This document shows positions 26,032 to 38,188 of a DNA stretch of 64,000 nt, one piece after another. The stretch covers positions 806,001 to 870,000 of the forward strand of contig CBFFRP010000297.1 of assembly GCA_965644295.1 (NCBI GenBank), given 5' to 3'. Position 1 is the first letter of the stretch. The number at the start of each line of letters is the position of its first letter. The notes beneath the pieces were generated by a model, which was given only the letters and a program-made list of their open reading frames with translations, had not been told where the DNA came from and did not search any database. The stretch is from Paraphysomonas bandaiensis. Taxonomy: Eukaryota > Protista > Chrysophyceae. Both the position numbers and the translations under genes were made by a program.

Positions 26032-26287
26032 ATCAAACCATTATCAGCTGGGAGTAGCGTGTAATGGTCACTACGTTGTCGCAATATATATTGCGTGAAC
26101 CAGCTGCTGTAATAAATATTGAATTTATGTTATTGCATCCTGTCAACGCTACGACAGATCTTGGTTTATCCAACCATTTAGTCTCACAATGATTGCTACG
26201 TCCTACAGTATTGTCGAATAAGTACACAGAAAGTCTTATTGGTAACTGGCTTCGATTTTTTATGAATCTACTTAGCATCGTATATAA

Positions 26288-27526
26288 TTATCCAAATCGA
26301 CGGGTATGAGAATCACATGTAACGTATATTACACTATTATATACACAGCTCACAGCTAAATATCGGAACGAGAGAGTCTGGCAACCTTTCCTGGTGTCCT
26401 GACCATTGGGATATAGGGGCTACGCAGCCGGGGTACATTAGGAGTATATGGTCTCTGTAAACAATTTAGTATAGAGTATAGAATGACATGAAAAAATACA
26501 TAAACCACTTCAACATTTAAATAACGAGTGATTATAGTCAGTAGTCAGTATAGAACACCATGTCATACCTTTTCATGCCTATCTGTAGGTAATCTTTTGC
26601 CAAGCGAAGATGCTGTAGATGGCATACTCTCTCGTATGCTACGCGTTCCGTCCATTCTATCTGCCCTGGCCGCTGCCCTGCCATCATCCGAGCGGGGTGA
26701 ATCGTAGGCTTTATTCCCTCGATTATACGAAATGTTCGCATGGGGGTCGTTCGGATTAAGGGCCCGGTGAGAAGAATACGGAGTACTCACTCGGGACGAG
26801 AATCCCCTATTCGGGCTTGGGCTAGGTGCTCGGAATGTTTGGTTCATCCCACCACGACTACCACTGCGATGATCTCTGCCTGAAGGAGAATCTTGAACCG
26901 GGGTGGTTGTACGGTATAAAGCATTCTCGTCAGTGCCTGACTTCCAGAATATTCGGGGCTCAGATGCTGTGCCAGGTGTCGAGCAGAAACTACGGGTGGT
27001 ACTAATTTCATATAATATAGACAAGCTAAAGTACGACAGGTTAAACACATGTCGCAGTCATTGTTACCTGTTCTCAATAGTGGTGGTCTTGGAGTGTTTT
27101 CGTAAGCTCTCCAGTTCTCCAGCCATTGCCTCTGTGTTCCTAGTTGTCATTTCAATAACAGGGAGATGTTGCCTCGAAATAATCAATACATTACCTTTGT
27201 AATAACTTTCTTTCATCTTCTGATGCTTGAAGTAATTGATTAGCTCTTTGTAAAGACTTCTTATAGTGCTGCGTTTGAAATTTAAGGAGTTCGAAGAGTG
27301 TCTGTAGATTCGAGGCAGGATTTGAGAGCACTGTTGAGACCTCTAATGGCGGGTTGTTTAAGGATACTACTCTGATATCTTTGGCTCCACATACAGAGCA
27401 TGGTTCAGATGAATGAGATGAGCAACGAGAGCACAAGAAATCACCACATGAGAGGACGATACCAGCATTAGGAGAGATTAGAGATAAACAACGACCACAG
27501 TGATATTCAAAATGTAATTCAGTCAT
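26288..27526 (-). CDS. RNF212/Zip3-like RING + coiled-coil protein with Ser/Arg-rich tail (multi-exon; 3' end approximate)
   Basis: N-terminal HCGRC...LSCGDFLCSRC...CSVCGA followed by LFELLKFQTQHYKK coiled coil and a disordered tail, the RNF212/Zip3/HEI10 layout. Confidence 0.65.
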
Positions 27527-29236
27527 ATTTTTCTATAAGAATTGAGTGTAATTCAGTCATATTGATATATATGTACAGTATATTCATATGTTAGTATGTG
27601 TTACATACTAGCCCTATATACACATGTATATATACTGTGCATATATACGATACAGGAATCTCTATACATAAACTATAGTTGGAGTCTTCTTGTTTTTAAC
27701 ATATGAAAACACTCGTATAGATACTGCTGTATATGAGATCAGAAGAGTGCTATGGACTGGAGTATATACGAGAGATGATGAGGGAAACGAAGTCGAAGTT
27801 AAGTGAGGATGAAAGGACACTCTGTACACTGCTGGATATCTACATCATAGCAGATACCTGTATGTACTGTATGTACTGCTGTATGCTGTATATAGGCCTT
27901 TTGCTGCACATCACCTCAAAAAATCCATACTAACCCAAATACCCCTCATTTTTTGATAGAAATACAGTATTTTTAGATTTGTACACTCTGTGTCCAAACT
28001 TGTTGTAGGGAGTTATTCATGCATAGTATCACTGAGTCAGGCGTTCAGTCACCACAAATAACTAACAATAACTTTATTATTAGTGTAAAACTTGATTCAT
28101 ATGTGTTTGTAATTTGTCCTAAGACTCTTAAAGTGTATCTGGTTGAACTCAGGCGCTTTGAAATAGCCGTTACATGCAAATCTGTTGATGAGATCGAATT
28201 GTACACATACACAATCATAGCAGACGAGTAGTGCTTAGAACACAGTGTGGTACATTCCCATTGTTACATAATAAATTAACATGTTGGTAATTTATTCCAT
28301 AGTCACTCATCTAATGTCAATTATGGGTAGAAACTTAACCACTGAATAACTCACTGAACTGACATCGTCATTGAATATATACAGACACAACGACGATAAA
28401 ATCAATGCAAAGTGTTGTCGTCGTTGTGTTTGTTATATAGTTTGAATTAAAACTTGCAGAGTAAAATAATATATTCAACCAAGTCGCACTTATAGCCACG
28501 CGAGAGTGTGTTGTACTTGCTATCATTATTATTATTTTAAGTCACTAAACACTGAATAACACCAATAAAACATGACTTACTACAACATCTACACATTGAT
28601 TATATGTTTAGCTAAGTACTGACGTGTGGCGTGCCAAAGTAAATTGTAGAACACTGGAACAAAACGGTATAAAGTATAAAATATCTGTAAAGCTTGTTGA
28701 GAATATTAACTGGCAATCGCTGAATATAAAATTATTAGTAAGAATACAAAATGCATCAGTAGGACATCTCTATGTTCAAACGAACTTGCCCTTTAGTCTC
28801 TAAAACTTTTTAATATTCTGTTTTCTCTGTTAACTGTTAACGGTGTTATATATATATATAGTACTTATTTTTCAAACTTGCTTGGTTACTGGTTACAAAC
28901 TAGAGTTGTGCAAGTGTACACTGGCTTTTAGAAAGGTAATAGCGCTTTACAGAACAGGAATTGAGCCATATTCGAATATCAGGCAGTGATATACCCTTAT
29001 CTGCACAGCAGAATAGCACATATTTCTTAAGAAAAATCTCATGGCTAGAACGTTGATTAATTTAGATTAAGAGTTAGGGCAATTAAAATTAAAATTTTAT
29101 GCAATTTGGTCATACAATCGGTACTTCTTAGTCTACACCATCATACTATTGTCTTGTCGTTGCCAAAGACGTTGTATCAACACATACCGGCATATAGATA
29201 TAACACTGACGTAAATGCAAGCACGCTGTACTATAA

Positions 29237-30076
29237 TCAGCACGATGCTTCTGATCCAATCATGTCCCATAACGAATTCGCGAGGTCATAGGACGACATT
29301 GTACTCATGTCGAAATCAAAATTCACAAACTCCATAGTTTCATCATTTCCGAAGCCTGTAAAGTAGTAACAAAATATTACAGAAGCACTTCTACAAAATA
29401 CGATATACTCAAGATACAAAATATGATACCATCGTTGTTAAAAAAACCACGACAAGTCGAAAGCTAGTAACTTACATCCTGCAAGATGACCGGGTGCCGC
29501 ATCATAGTCCCATGATATGTTGGACACCTTGCTGTAAAGTGACAATGCATAGGAGGTTCTAGACTCGGTCATATGCTCATCTAGAGTACATTCCTTAGTC
29601 TTCTCCTGTAGTTCAACAGCCTTGCTAGCTAATTTCGATATCTCTTCTGTCTTAGAATTGACGGCATTAGAAACTTGGCTCTCTGTCTGTAGCAAATTTT
29701 CTTTCTCTACTTGAAGCTTCTCAATTTTCTTACTGTGGACATTCTACGGTACGTTAACACTACTTTTGAAGAAAGGTAGATATTCTAATCTTACCGCAGC
29801 AGGTGCCAGTATCTCGTGTTCCTTTGCTACAACAGTGGCTGTATATTCTATAAACACACAAAACACAGTGAGAAATATGGCTACACATTCAAACTATAAA
29901 CAACTTTTAATCAGGTCTTTAAAATCTTGCAGCTGGTGTGATCTCTGCACTTCTATCTCTTGATTCATCTTATGAATATCCTCAATATCTCTTATATCAT
30001 CATCTCTACTAAATAATTGTTCTATTTCCATTAATATGCTTTTCGTTTCATTCCAGTCCATGTTTTGTTGTGACAT
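29237..30076 (-). CDS. SPC24: Kinetochore protein Spc24 (Ndc80 complex), multi-exon
   Basis: Coiled coil followed by an RWD-like globular tail ALSLYSKVSNISWDYD...HLAGC...FDMSTMSSYDLANSLWDMI, matching the Spc24 C-terminal pattern. Confidence 0.75.
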
Positions 30077-30697
30077 CTGTGTGTATGTATATATATATGA
30101 CTGGCTGTACCGCTTAATGTTATTAGAAGCTTATGGATATGGATAATACAACCGCGTAGAGTTGGGTGGTAGTATGATCAGTTTGATGAGTGGTGAACTT
30201 GTATTGAGAAGAGGAGTTAGGAGTTATGTATGTATCACAAACAGATATATATACATACATATATATGCGTGTATGTGTAGGGGTGTATGTGTGTAGGGGT
30301 GCATGTGTGTATGTGTATGTGTGTATATGATAGTGAGGTGTGTGTGTCTACAGTGAGGTGTGTGTATACATATACATAGAAACATCTTTCAAAAATATTC
30401 AAATGACAAAAATCAACGAATCCAAAATTCTCATAATACAGTCCTGTATAACGAAAGCACGAGAAGCAGGTAGGAAGGTGGATGGTGGTGGATATCAATC
30501 TCATAGAATTGGGAATAACGGCCTTTACCATCATAACATCTAGACATTGTCGTGTGTATATGGCTGTATGGACTGTATGTATACACATATACACATATAT
30601 GGCTCTCTCTCTATATATACACACTATATAAGAGTGGCTCACATACTCCACAAGAATATTATTAACACACCATCAACATCATTCAATTCAAACAATT

Positions 30698-31249
30698 ATG
30701 AGACAATTAAAACATCACGAAAAAAAACTACTAAAGAAAGTTGATTTCTTTAGTTGGAAATCAGATTCAAATGTCAGAGAAGCCAAAATTATACGTAAAT
30801 ATTTACTACAAGACAGAGAGGATTATGTCAAGTATAATAAAATAGTTGGACAAGTTACTAAACTTGTTGGTATGCTAGTTACACTCCCAAATACTGATGA
30901 GGATAGAAGAATAGTTTCAGAGCAAATTCTACAGAAATTATATGGAATGGGTGTGATTAACTCAACAAGTAGTTTGTCAGCTATTGAGAAGCTAACAGTA
31001 TCTGCTTTTTGTAGACGTCGTCTACCAGTTGTAATGGTACGCTTGAAGATGTCTGAAAACCTGAAAGAAGCCACTACTTTTATAGAGCAGGGTCACGTGC
31101 GAGTTGGCCCTAACGTTGTCACAGACCCTGCCTTCTTGGTCACTAGGACATTTGAAGACTATGTCACATGGGTTGACTCCTCTAAGATCAAGCGCACAAT
31201 TATGAAATATAATGACAAGCTTGATGACTTTGATCTCTTAGGAAGTTAG
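30698..31249 (+). CDS. IMP3: U3 snoRNP protein IMP3 (S4 domain)
   Basis: MRQLKHHEKKLLKKVDF...VSAFCRRRLPVVMVRLKM...FIEQGHVRVGP..VTDPAFLVTR.FEDYVTWVDSSKIKR..DDFDLL; 183 aa, intronless. Confidence 0.97.
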   Translation: MRQLKHHEKKLLKKVDFFSWKSDSNVREAKIIRKYLLQDREDYVKYNKIVGQVTKLVGMLVTLPNTDEDRRIVSEQILQKLYGMGVINSTSSLSAIEKLTVSAFCRRRLPVVMVRLKMSENLKEATTFIEQGHVRVGPNVVTDPAFLVTRTFEDYVTWVDSSKIKRTIMKYNDKLDDFDLLGS

Positions 31250-31692
31250 TTGTGCATAATTCCTTCAGTGCTGAGACAAAGCCGTATTTGTAAGAGGCGG
31301 AATACTATTTTGTTAAATAATTAGCTTCGAAATTCTCAATTGTTGTTTAAAGTAGAGTAGCATATCTTGTTAAAGGTTGTACATATTACTTGATACTACT
31401 ACACGACACAACTGCATTGGGTTGACCACGCGTAGTACTAAAGTCTATTGGCTGCTATTCTCTATTCTAGAGTAATACATTCGGAGCAGTTGTATGAAGA
31501 TTATACATGAGCAGAATACTAGAGGGCACTATATATTCGGCTAATTATCTCTATTTTTTTACATAACTTTAACACAAGCCTATATAGAAATATTTGTATT
31601 CGTAAAAGATGTAATTACTTATTATCTTATTATAACGATATCAAAAGCGCATTCGGCATAGCATACACCTTACCGACCATACCGGCTATGCC

Positions 31693-33137
31693 TTATGCAG
31701 CATTGCTAGTCGAAAAAGCTCTTCCAACACTATCAGCAAGAGAGTAGACAAATACATTATGCATCGGCACTCCAACACGGGAAACTGCTTTCACGATTTC
31801 CTGGCTCAAGAACCCTCCTACAATGGAGCAAACTGGCATTAATTGGGAGTAGGAAGACCTACAGAGGTTGCGTTCTATATCTTCAGAAGACAAGAAGTCC
31901 TCCGGCAGATTGTTTTTCACTAACAAAGACTGAGTAAGAGCCTGCACAGTTGCGAAGTCCGATTCACACGGAAGGCGGCCATGAGCCTCTCTAAAACGAT
32001 GAAATTGTAATTAAACGTATGAACAACAGTGGGGTGGTATATACACACAGCTGACGACATTTACATCCTGGGGACTATCGTTACCTGAACGCGGACAGTA
32101 TTCTGCTTCTGACAAACACATCAGACACTGGAAAATGCTTTTTCTTAAGGTCAGCCCACTTCACTGCCCATATATCTTCTAGTGACGGGTAAACTAAAGT
32201 CTCAACTTTCGTGTTTCTTGGTGGGTCATGCTGAAAGGTGAAGGACGGTGCCAAGTCAAGAGCGAACCACCCTTGCTCCCCGTATGAGCCACAATGGATA
32301 AAGGAAAGATCCGCTGAACGACAAAGGGAGTCCAGGCGAAGGGCTTGAATCTGCGAGCAAAATATATCCACAGCGTCAGTACCAGATCACATAAAGCAGA
32401 GTCTATACTATGTGTAAATTCAAATACTGTCTTATACGTGTCGAAACTAACGTTGCGTGAACACTTCATGCTCGCATGGATTAGCAGTCTTATATCATAG
32501 TACGCATGCATAAAAAACCTTACTTCTGATATATCGGTCGCTACAATGACACTGAATGCGGTCAAGTAATCATCTGGTATGTCTTCTATGGCCTTAACCT
32601 CGATGTCAACAGTCACATAACTGTTCAGTGCCTGTAGTTTCTTTTGAACAGCAACAGCTCTCTGAATGCATTAGAAGTGCAGTTAACTCCACATCAAAAT
32701 GGAATGACACAATGAAGTTTGCACATACATTAGTTCCTATATCACTCTGTGATGCAAAATACAATGCACTCAAATCATCCGCCCTTAATACAGTATTATC
32801 TTGCAACACGACGCTTACACCTGCTAGTACAAGATTCTTTGCAGCCTAATACATACCACATCTAAACAATACCATCATATAGATATTATTAAATACCTCT
32901 ATTTGTAAACCAGTAACACCACAAAAAAGTATTCTAGATTGTTGCATACGTTTCTGTGCTTCAAATCCCCATAATCGCAACTGTCTGTCATACAGTTCTG
33001 TCTATAGACAAGTCACGCATCATTCATACGTTACTTATATCATTGATTTGTATTCGTACCTCTTTTTCTCCAATATCATTGTTATCTGTCATGATATCTT
33101 GTTTATTAGATGAGTCTTTAAAGGATGATGAGCTCAT
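31693..33137 (-). CDS. SAE1: SUMO-activating enzyme subunit 1 (AOS1/SAE1), multi-exon
   Basis: Exons encode YDRQLRLWGFEAQKRMQQSRIL, AAKNLVLAGVSVVLQD, LQALNSYV and MPVCSIVGGFLSQEIVKAVS...PMHNVFVY. The start may be the ATG at 33137 or 33092. Confidence 0.88.
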
Positions 33138-33659
33138 GTATGTATGTATATGTATGTATGGAGACAACAAGAGGGAGTGATTCCTTAAGTCCAGTCCATA
33201 GCTATACAGCAGTATACATATACATAGAGTGTATGTAGGTTGCAGGATACACAGTACTATCTGAGCCTTTTTGCTGAAATTAGAGGAATTTTTGGGAAAA
33301 ATGTTTTAAAAGCCTATTTTTATTATTTTGTACACAAGAAGTTGCATAAAATGGATGAAAATCAGCACACTGACATTGCAAAAATCACTGATATTTAAGA
33401 TGCTGACTGCCCATACGCATCTTTATTAACACTCACACACACCCTCTGAGCTTCATGATATTGAGAAACGAATCATTCATGAATAGCAATGTTTATATAT
33501 CTAAATGACTTAGAAGATGCAGTGTCTATTAGAGTGCATGTGGATGCATGTGTGCAATGGAGGGTAGAGATTGAGCCCACTTGAATATGTTGCAGTGTTT
33601 GGTATACATACATACGCCACAGAGGCATACATACGCCACAGAGGTATACATATGCAAAA

Positions 33660-34344
33660 CGATATTGTAAGACTATGCTATGACCATCAGAGGACCCTCT
33701 GCTACAGTTTCAGACTACCGGTTGGTATGAGTGCGACCATGAAGGGTCCTCCAGAAGTCTATTATGCGTCATTGATAAAAAACAACCAGACCCGCATAAT
33801 GAGCCCATGGTCGTAAATAAACAAAACCAACAAATCCTCACCCCTCCGTGGCACAAGATGCTCGCTGCTACAAATACGAATTGAGAGAGAGAGGGCCATA
33901 ATTCTTCTTGTGGAGACTAGGATATTATGACGATCTTCCTTTCTAAACATTATGTAGTTAGTGTGTAGATTCACCCTGATAAGTCATCGTCGTTAAATTG
34001 TTGGTCTGTGTACACAATTGTAAAACGGAGCGATAATAGAAATATGTTTTCTTCTGAAGGAGGATAGAGGAGTAGTTCCGCAGTTTAACGAGAATAACGT
34101 TGAGCAATGGATCGAGGATTCGTCTTCCAGTACTTCTCACAACCTGTCTGTAAGCCTTCTCCACCATTAACGTGAGTGGCTGTTTCCCGAAGTCGCTTTT
34201 CTTAGGTGGCGGTTCCACCGCTACTTCAATCTGCTCCTTTCTCATGAGGAATGTCTGGAAATCCTCGACCCATTGTTCAACGTTATTCTCGTTGAATTGC
34301 GGTACTACTCCTCTATCCTCCTTCTTGTCCTCGTTCGCTACCAT
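33660..34344 (-). mobile_element. Decayed Copia-like LTR retrotransposon remnant (gag N-terminus; possible PPT and LTR start)
   Basis: Minus-strand VPQFNENNVEQWVEDFQTFLMRK resembles a Copia gag N-terminus. Minus-strand ggaggggtgaggatt|TGTTGG near 33846-33826 looks like a PPT followed by an LTR start. The left boundary is a guess. Confidence 0.5.
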
Positions 34345-34604
34345 GTTGGAAATTGCTCATTGTTAACTAGATCACAGAGAGAATTTGTCGTTAGATATGT
34401 TTACTCGAAAATGTGACGAACAGCACAATCTCATTTGCTCCACGCATAATCTCGTTACTAAACACATCTTGAAAGATCAAACTATTTCAGTTTCTCAATA
34501 TCATCACAGCATCTGTACATCACCATATTTCACTGTATTCTCGTACATTGTCTTCAAGTGACATACTGAATAATATTCAGTTCAGTTCTATATATAGCAG
34601 AACA

Positions 34605-34681
34605 TGTTATTAATGGTCCTTTAATGGTATGAAGTTTCCGGAAGTTATAATGGCATTACAATTAATGGTTACCAGGCCCTG
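34605..34681. mobile_element. Orphan DNA-transposon terminus (CAGGGCCTGGTAACC type)
   Basis: ttataatggcattacaattaatggttaccaggccctg; a near-identical stretch recurs at about 55771-55807. Confidence 0.5.
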
Positions 34682-35181
34682 CTGAATATACTAGAGTATA
34701 ATTCATATTCTAATATACTCATACCATTCTTTTGATATTTGTGCTTGTAATAATGGCTGAAAGTACCCATTCGTCTCTTCAATGAAGACAACTACATAAC
34801 ATCAACATTAACGCATTTTCCTGCCTATTAACCCCCGACTCTATTCTCTATCACCATTCGGCGATTTAAAATCGTGATTGTGGGATATGTAAGTCGTGTA
34901 TTACCAGTAGATTTTGTTACTACACTACGTTTTTTGTTCCAGCACACCGTGCTCTCATAGCTAAAGTAGAACTGAAATTATTATACAGAAAATATAGCCA
35001 GGCCATTGATGTAGAACACAAACGAAATATTACAAACAACCCCCGACAACAAGTACTCAGAAGTGCGCCGGGGTTAATGTACACACTTCCCTAAAACAGT
35101 TAACTAGCCTAGAGTGAACACCACCGTGGTTCAACATATCCATCACACGAGCGAGGCAAATATGTCCACGAGTGCTGCGTA

Positions 35182-36477
35182 CTAATATGCATCTACAGGA
35201 GAGTCTCCTTTCATTTCAATATCTCCCTCTTGATACTCATCCGCTTCGTGCTCAGAGTCATCCTCTTCGTCGTGTATTACATACATACTAGTCAAAGTGC
35301 TCGCATTATTTCGACCTGCATTCTCCCCCTGCTGCGCACCAGTTGATAAAGTGTGCAGCTTGTTCTCGACAACAAAATCTTCGTCAGCGGTAAGATAATC
35401 ATCAGGACTCGTCTTATAAGAGCATACACACCAAGTTGCGAGACAACAGCACATAACAGAGGCCACAATAATGAGGGAAAAGACAGATGACTCGGGAGTG
35501 CAACAGGTAGGGTCATCTGGTTCTATCGTGACATCATCGTCTTTGGTACAGGCGTTTATATGTGGCTCCAATTCAATAATACGAATGCGTGGGATGCTTT
35601 CGCATAGATATTCAACTCCATCAGCAGATATATTGTTACCATAAGCACGAAGTACTCGTAATTTTCCTAGGGATTGCAAGGACGAAGGGAGAGTTCCTGT
35701 GAGGCTATTCATTTGAAGGTTAAGCATTTGTAGCTCTGTTAGTTGACCGAATGAAGAGGGTATGCTACCAGTAAATGAATTAGACTGTAATTGAAGAGTT
35801 TCTAGTTTACGATTATTGCCCAGGGTCTCCGGAAGTGTACCTGTTAGTTGGTTCTCATATAGCTCGACATATGCCACGGATGATAGCAGCCCTATCTCTG
35901 AAGGAATGGTACCGCTTAGGTTAGTCTGAGCTATAGTAAGATACTGTAAATTGGATAGCTGACCAATGGTGGAAGGCAAGTTGCCATGTATACTATTCTC
36001 ACTCATATCTAAATTGATTAAGCTTTTCAAGCTGCCGATTGAATCCGGTATCGACCCAGTCAAAGAATTCTCAGCTACTGTAATTTCCAGTAAATTAGAA
36101 AGTTCTGATATAGAATCTGGAAGGGTCCCAGAAAGAAAATTTAGGGTAAAATCTATCCATATAAGATCAGTTAGATTTCCTATAGACTGTGGAATGGTCC
36201 CTGCAATGCCCTTATTTCCAAGTATGATCTCTGTTATATTATCTCCTCTACAGAGAACTCCAGTCCAAAATAACTCACATAGATTATTAGCTGTATAGTT
36301 TCCTGATGAACCTGTACACTCCCATCCCTCCCATCCAGGTAGACCTTTCATATTTTTAATATTAGTGTTATATACTAAATCACACACAGAGTTATCTCTA
36401 AGCTGTGTATCTACTGCATGTATAGGGAGTGTATTGTGTAATACAGTGAATAGAAAGAGGGAGAATAAGAGTGTCAT
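35182..36477 (-). CDS. LRR receptor-like protein (signal peptide, plant-type extracellular LRRs, one TM, acidic tail, no kinase)
   Basis: C...WTGVLC N-cap; about 8 24-aa LxxLxLxxNxLsGtiP repeats; TM VFSLIIVASVMCCCLATWCVC; intronless, 431 aa. Confidence 0.9.
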   Translation of the reverse strand: MTLLFSLFLFTVLHNTLPIHAVDTQLRDNSVCDLVYNTNIKNMKGLPGWEGWECTGSSGNYTANNLCELFWTGVLCRGDNITEIILGNKGIAGTIPQSIGNLTDLIWIDFTLNFLSGTLPDSISELSNLLEITVAENSLTGSIPDSIGSLKSLINLDMSENSIHGNLPSTIGQLSNLQYLTIAQTNLSGTIPSEIGLLSSVAYVELYENQLTGTLPETLGNNRKLETLQLQSNSFTGSIPSSFGQLTELQMLNLQMNSLTGTLPSSLQSLGKLRVLRAYGNNISADGVEYLCESIPRIRIIELEPHINACTKDDDVTIEPDDPTCCTPESSVFSLIIVASVMCCCLATWCVCSYKTSPDDYLTADEDFVVENKLHTLSTGAQQGENAGRNNASTLTSMYVIHDEEDDSEHEADEYQEGDIEMKGDSPVDAY

Positions 36478-36571
36478 TATAGTAGATCAAGATACAAGGC
36501 ATGTATTGATTACTAGGTCCTTTAATTCATAGTACGAGTGAAGGGTGTGAATGGCTATCTCATATGATGGT

Positions 36572-37081
36572 TATGTATGTATGTATGTATGTATGTATGT
36601 ATGTATGTATGTATGTATGTATGTATGTATGTATGTATGTATGTATGTATGTATGTATGTATGTATGTATGTATGTATGTATGTATGTATGTATGTATGT
36701 ATGTATGTATGTATGTATGTATGTATGTATGTAGGTATGTATGTATGTATGTATGTATGTATGTATGTATGTATGTATGTATGTATGTATGTATGTATGT
36801 ATGTATGTATGTATGTATGTATGTATGTATGTATGTATGTATGTATGTATGTATGTATGTATGTATGTATGTATGTATGTATGTATGTATGTATGTATGT
36901 ATGTATGTATGTATGTATGTATGTATGTATGTATGTATGTATGTATGTATGTATGTATGTATGTATGTATGTATGTATGTATGTATGTATGTATGTATGT
37001 ATGTATGTATGTATGTATGTATGTATGTATGTATGTATGTATGTATGTATGTATGTATGTATGTATGTATGTATGTATGTA
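36572..37081. repeat. (ATGT)n tetranucleotide microsatellite, ~510 bp
   Basis: Near-perfect array with one variant unit (gtag) near 36733. Confidence 0.99.
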
Positions 37082-37286
37082 CCAATTCATCTGTACTGCT
37101 ATGCATGCCACACTGTATTTGACACTGCCTACAGGTATACCGGTATAGTCACACAAAATTTTCAATTTCTAGCATTTTGAAGAATTTTAAACCCCAAAAC
37201 CTACTTTTCTCGTGTGTAAAGTTCACAAAGTCAGATGTCTAATATCGGCTACATTCGATCCGTATATATGGGTTACATGATCCGTC

Positions 37287-37435
37287 TATCGGCATCCTTT
37301 ACATATTTTTGTTCAAAGATGCCTCTAATATTGAGACAATAATTATCTGTATTCCAACCGTAGTTGTGTATCAGTAATATAGAGAATATTTTCTACAATA
37401 TATTTCCGAAAAATATGATGCAGTCTGCCGATACG
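37287..37435. mobile_element. MITE-like ~150-bp dispersed repeat, copy 2
   Basis: Homologous to the 24182 and 40605 copies; ends tatcggca...tgccgatacg. Confidence 0.75.
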
Positions 37436-37681
37436 TATATGCGATATGTATGTGTTGAGGCTGGTGCTGGATATGACAGACACACGTGGACTCTGCCACA
37501 TACACACACAGCTACAGGCGGGTCACATACACACAGTTGTTCCGGGAATTGTTCAGGAATATGAGGAATCTTGGAAACGTGGACACGATCACCCGACAAA
37601 TGAAATCAATACCTCATCACAATTTACAATCAGCTCTAAAGCATAATATCACACACACTGACAGCCACAACGCTCTCAAGA

Positions 37682-38188
37682 ATGCACTACATCACTATCA
37701 TCGGACTTGCTCTTGCGTGTTGCCAGATATCTTCATTGGAAGCATTGGACGAATCCATTAAAAGTGAAACCTCTACTAAGTTCTCTGCGGAGGATATTTC
37801 TGCTCTATTTACTGCGAATGGTCAAACTGTATCCGTCCTAAGCGATAAGTACCTCAAGACTGTGTTCAAAGCTGGTATCGCGGGCAACCGAACTGCTATA
37901 ATACGTATTGGAGAAGGTGATATATCTATATATTCGGTGCATGTTCTTCCTGAGAAGGTTAAGAATCGTGATGACGGTAATGTCCTCTCTTTTACCAGTA
38001 ATTGGAATGCGAATAAACGCTTTACGAGTGTATATAATGACAGCGATGGAGATCTAATTCTACAATCAGACCTTTTTCTATGTGATGACTACAACTCTAA
38101 CGTCGAGCTTGTTGGGAAGTTTATGACAACTTTCATCAAGTCGGTCACTGACATTTATATATATCGTCATACTATATACATTTCTTAG
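37682..38188 (+). CDS. YbjN-like secreted protein, copy with altered C-terminus (probably truncated by the duplication breakpoint)
   Basis: Signal peptide, then NWNANKRFTSVYNDSDGDLILQSDL (YbjN/T3SS-chaperone-like pattern). Diverges from the minus copy exactly at the arm end (38149), then reads DIYIYRHTIYIS. Confidence 0.6.
   Translation: MHYITIIGLALACCQISSLEALDESIKSETSTKFSAEDISALFTANGQTVSVLSDKYLKTVFKAGIAGNRTAIIRIGEGDISIYSVHVLPEKVKNRDDGNVLSFTSNWNANKRFTSVYNDSDGDLILQSDLFLCDDYNSNVELVGKFMTTFIKSVTDIYIYRHTIYIS

Noticed and set aside
26288-33137. RNF212-like, SPC24 and SAE1 as a functional meiosis/SUMO gene cluster
   Set aside because: IMP3 is interleaved, no cluster-specific regulatory signal is seen, and such proximity is plausible by chance in a gene-dense genome.
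36551-37180. Long MYVC/HTYI-repeat ORFs (also 53282-54153)
   Set aside because: Artefacts of translating (ATGT)n, which has no stop codon in any frame.
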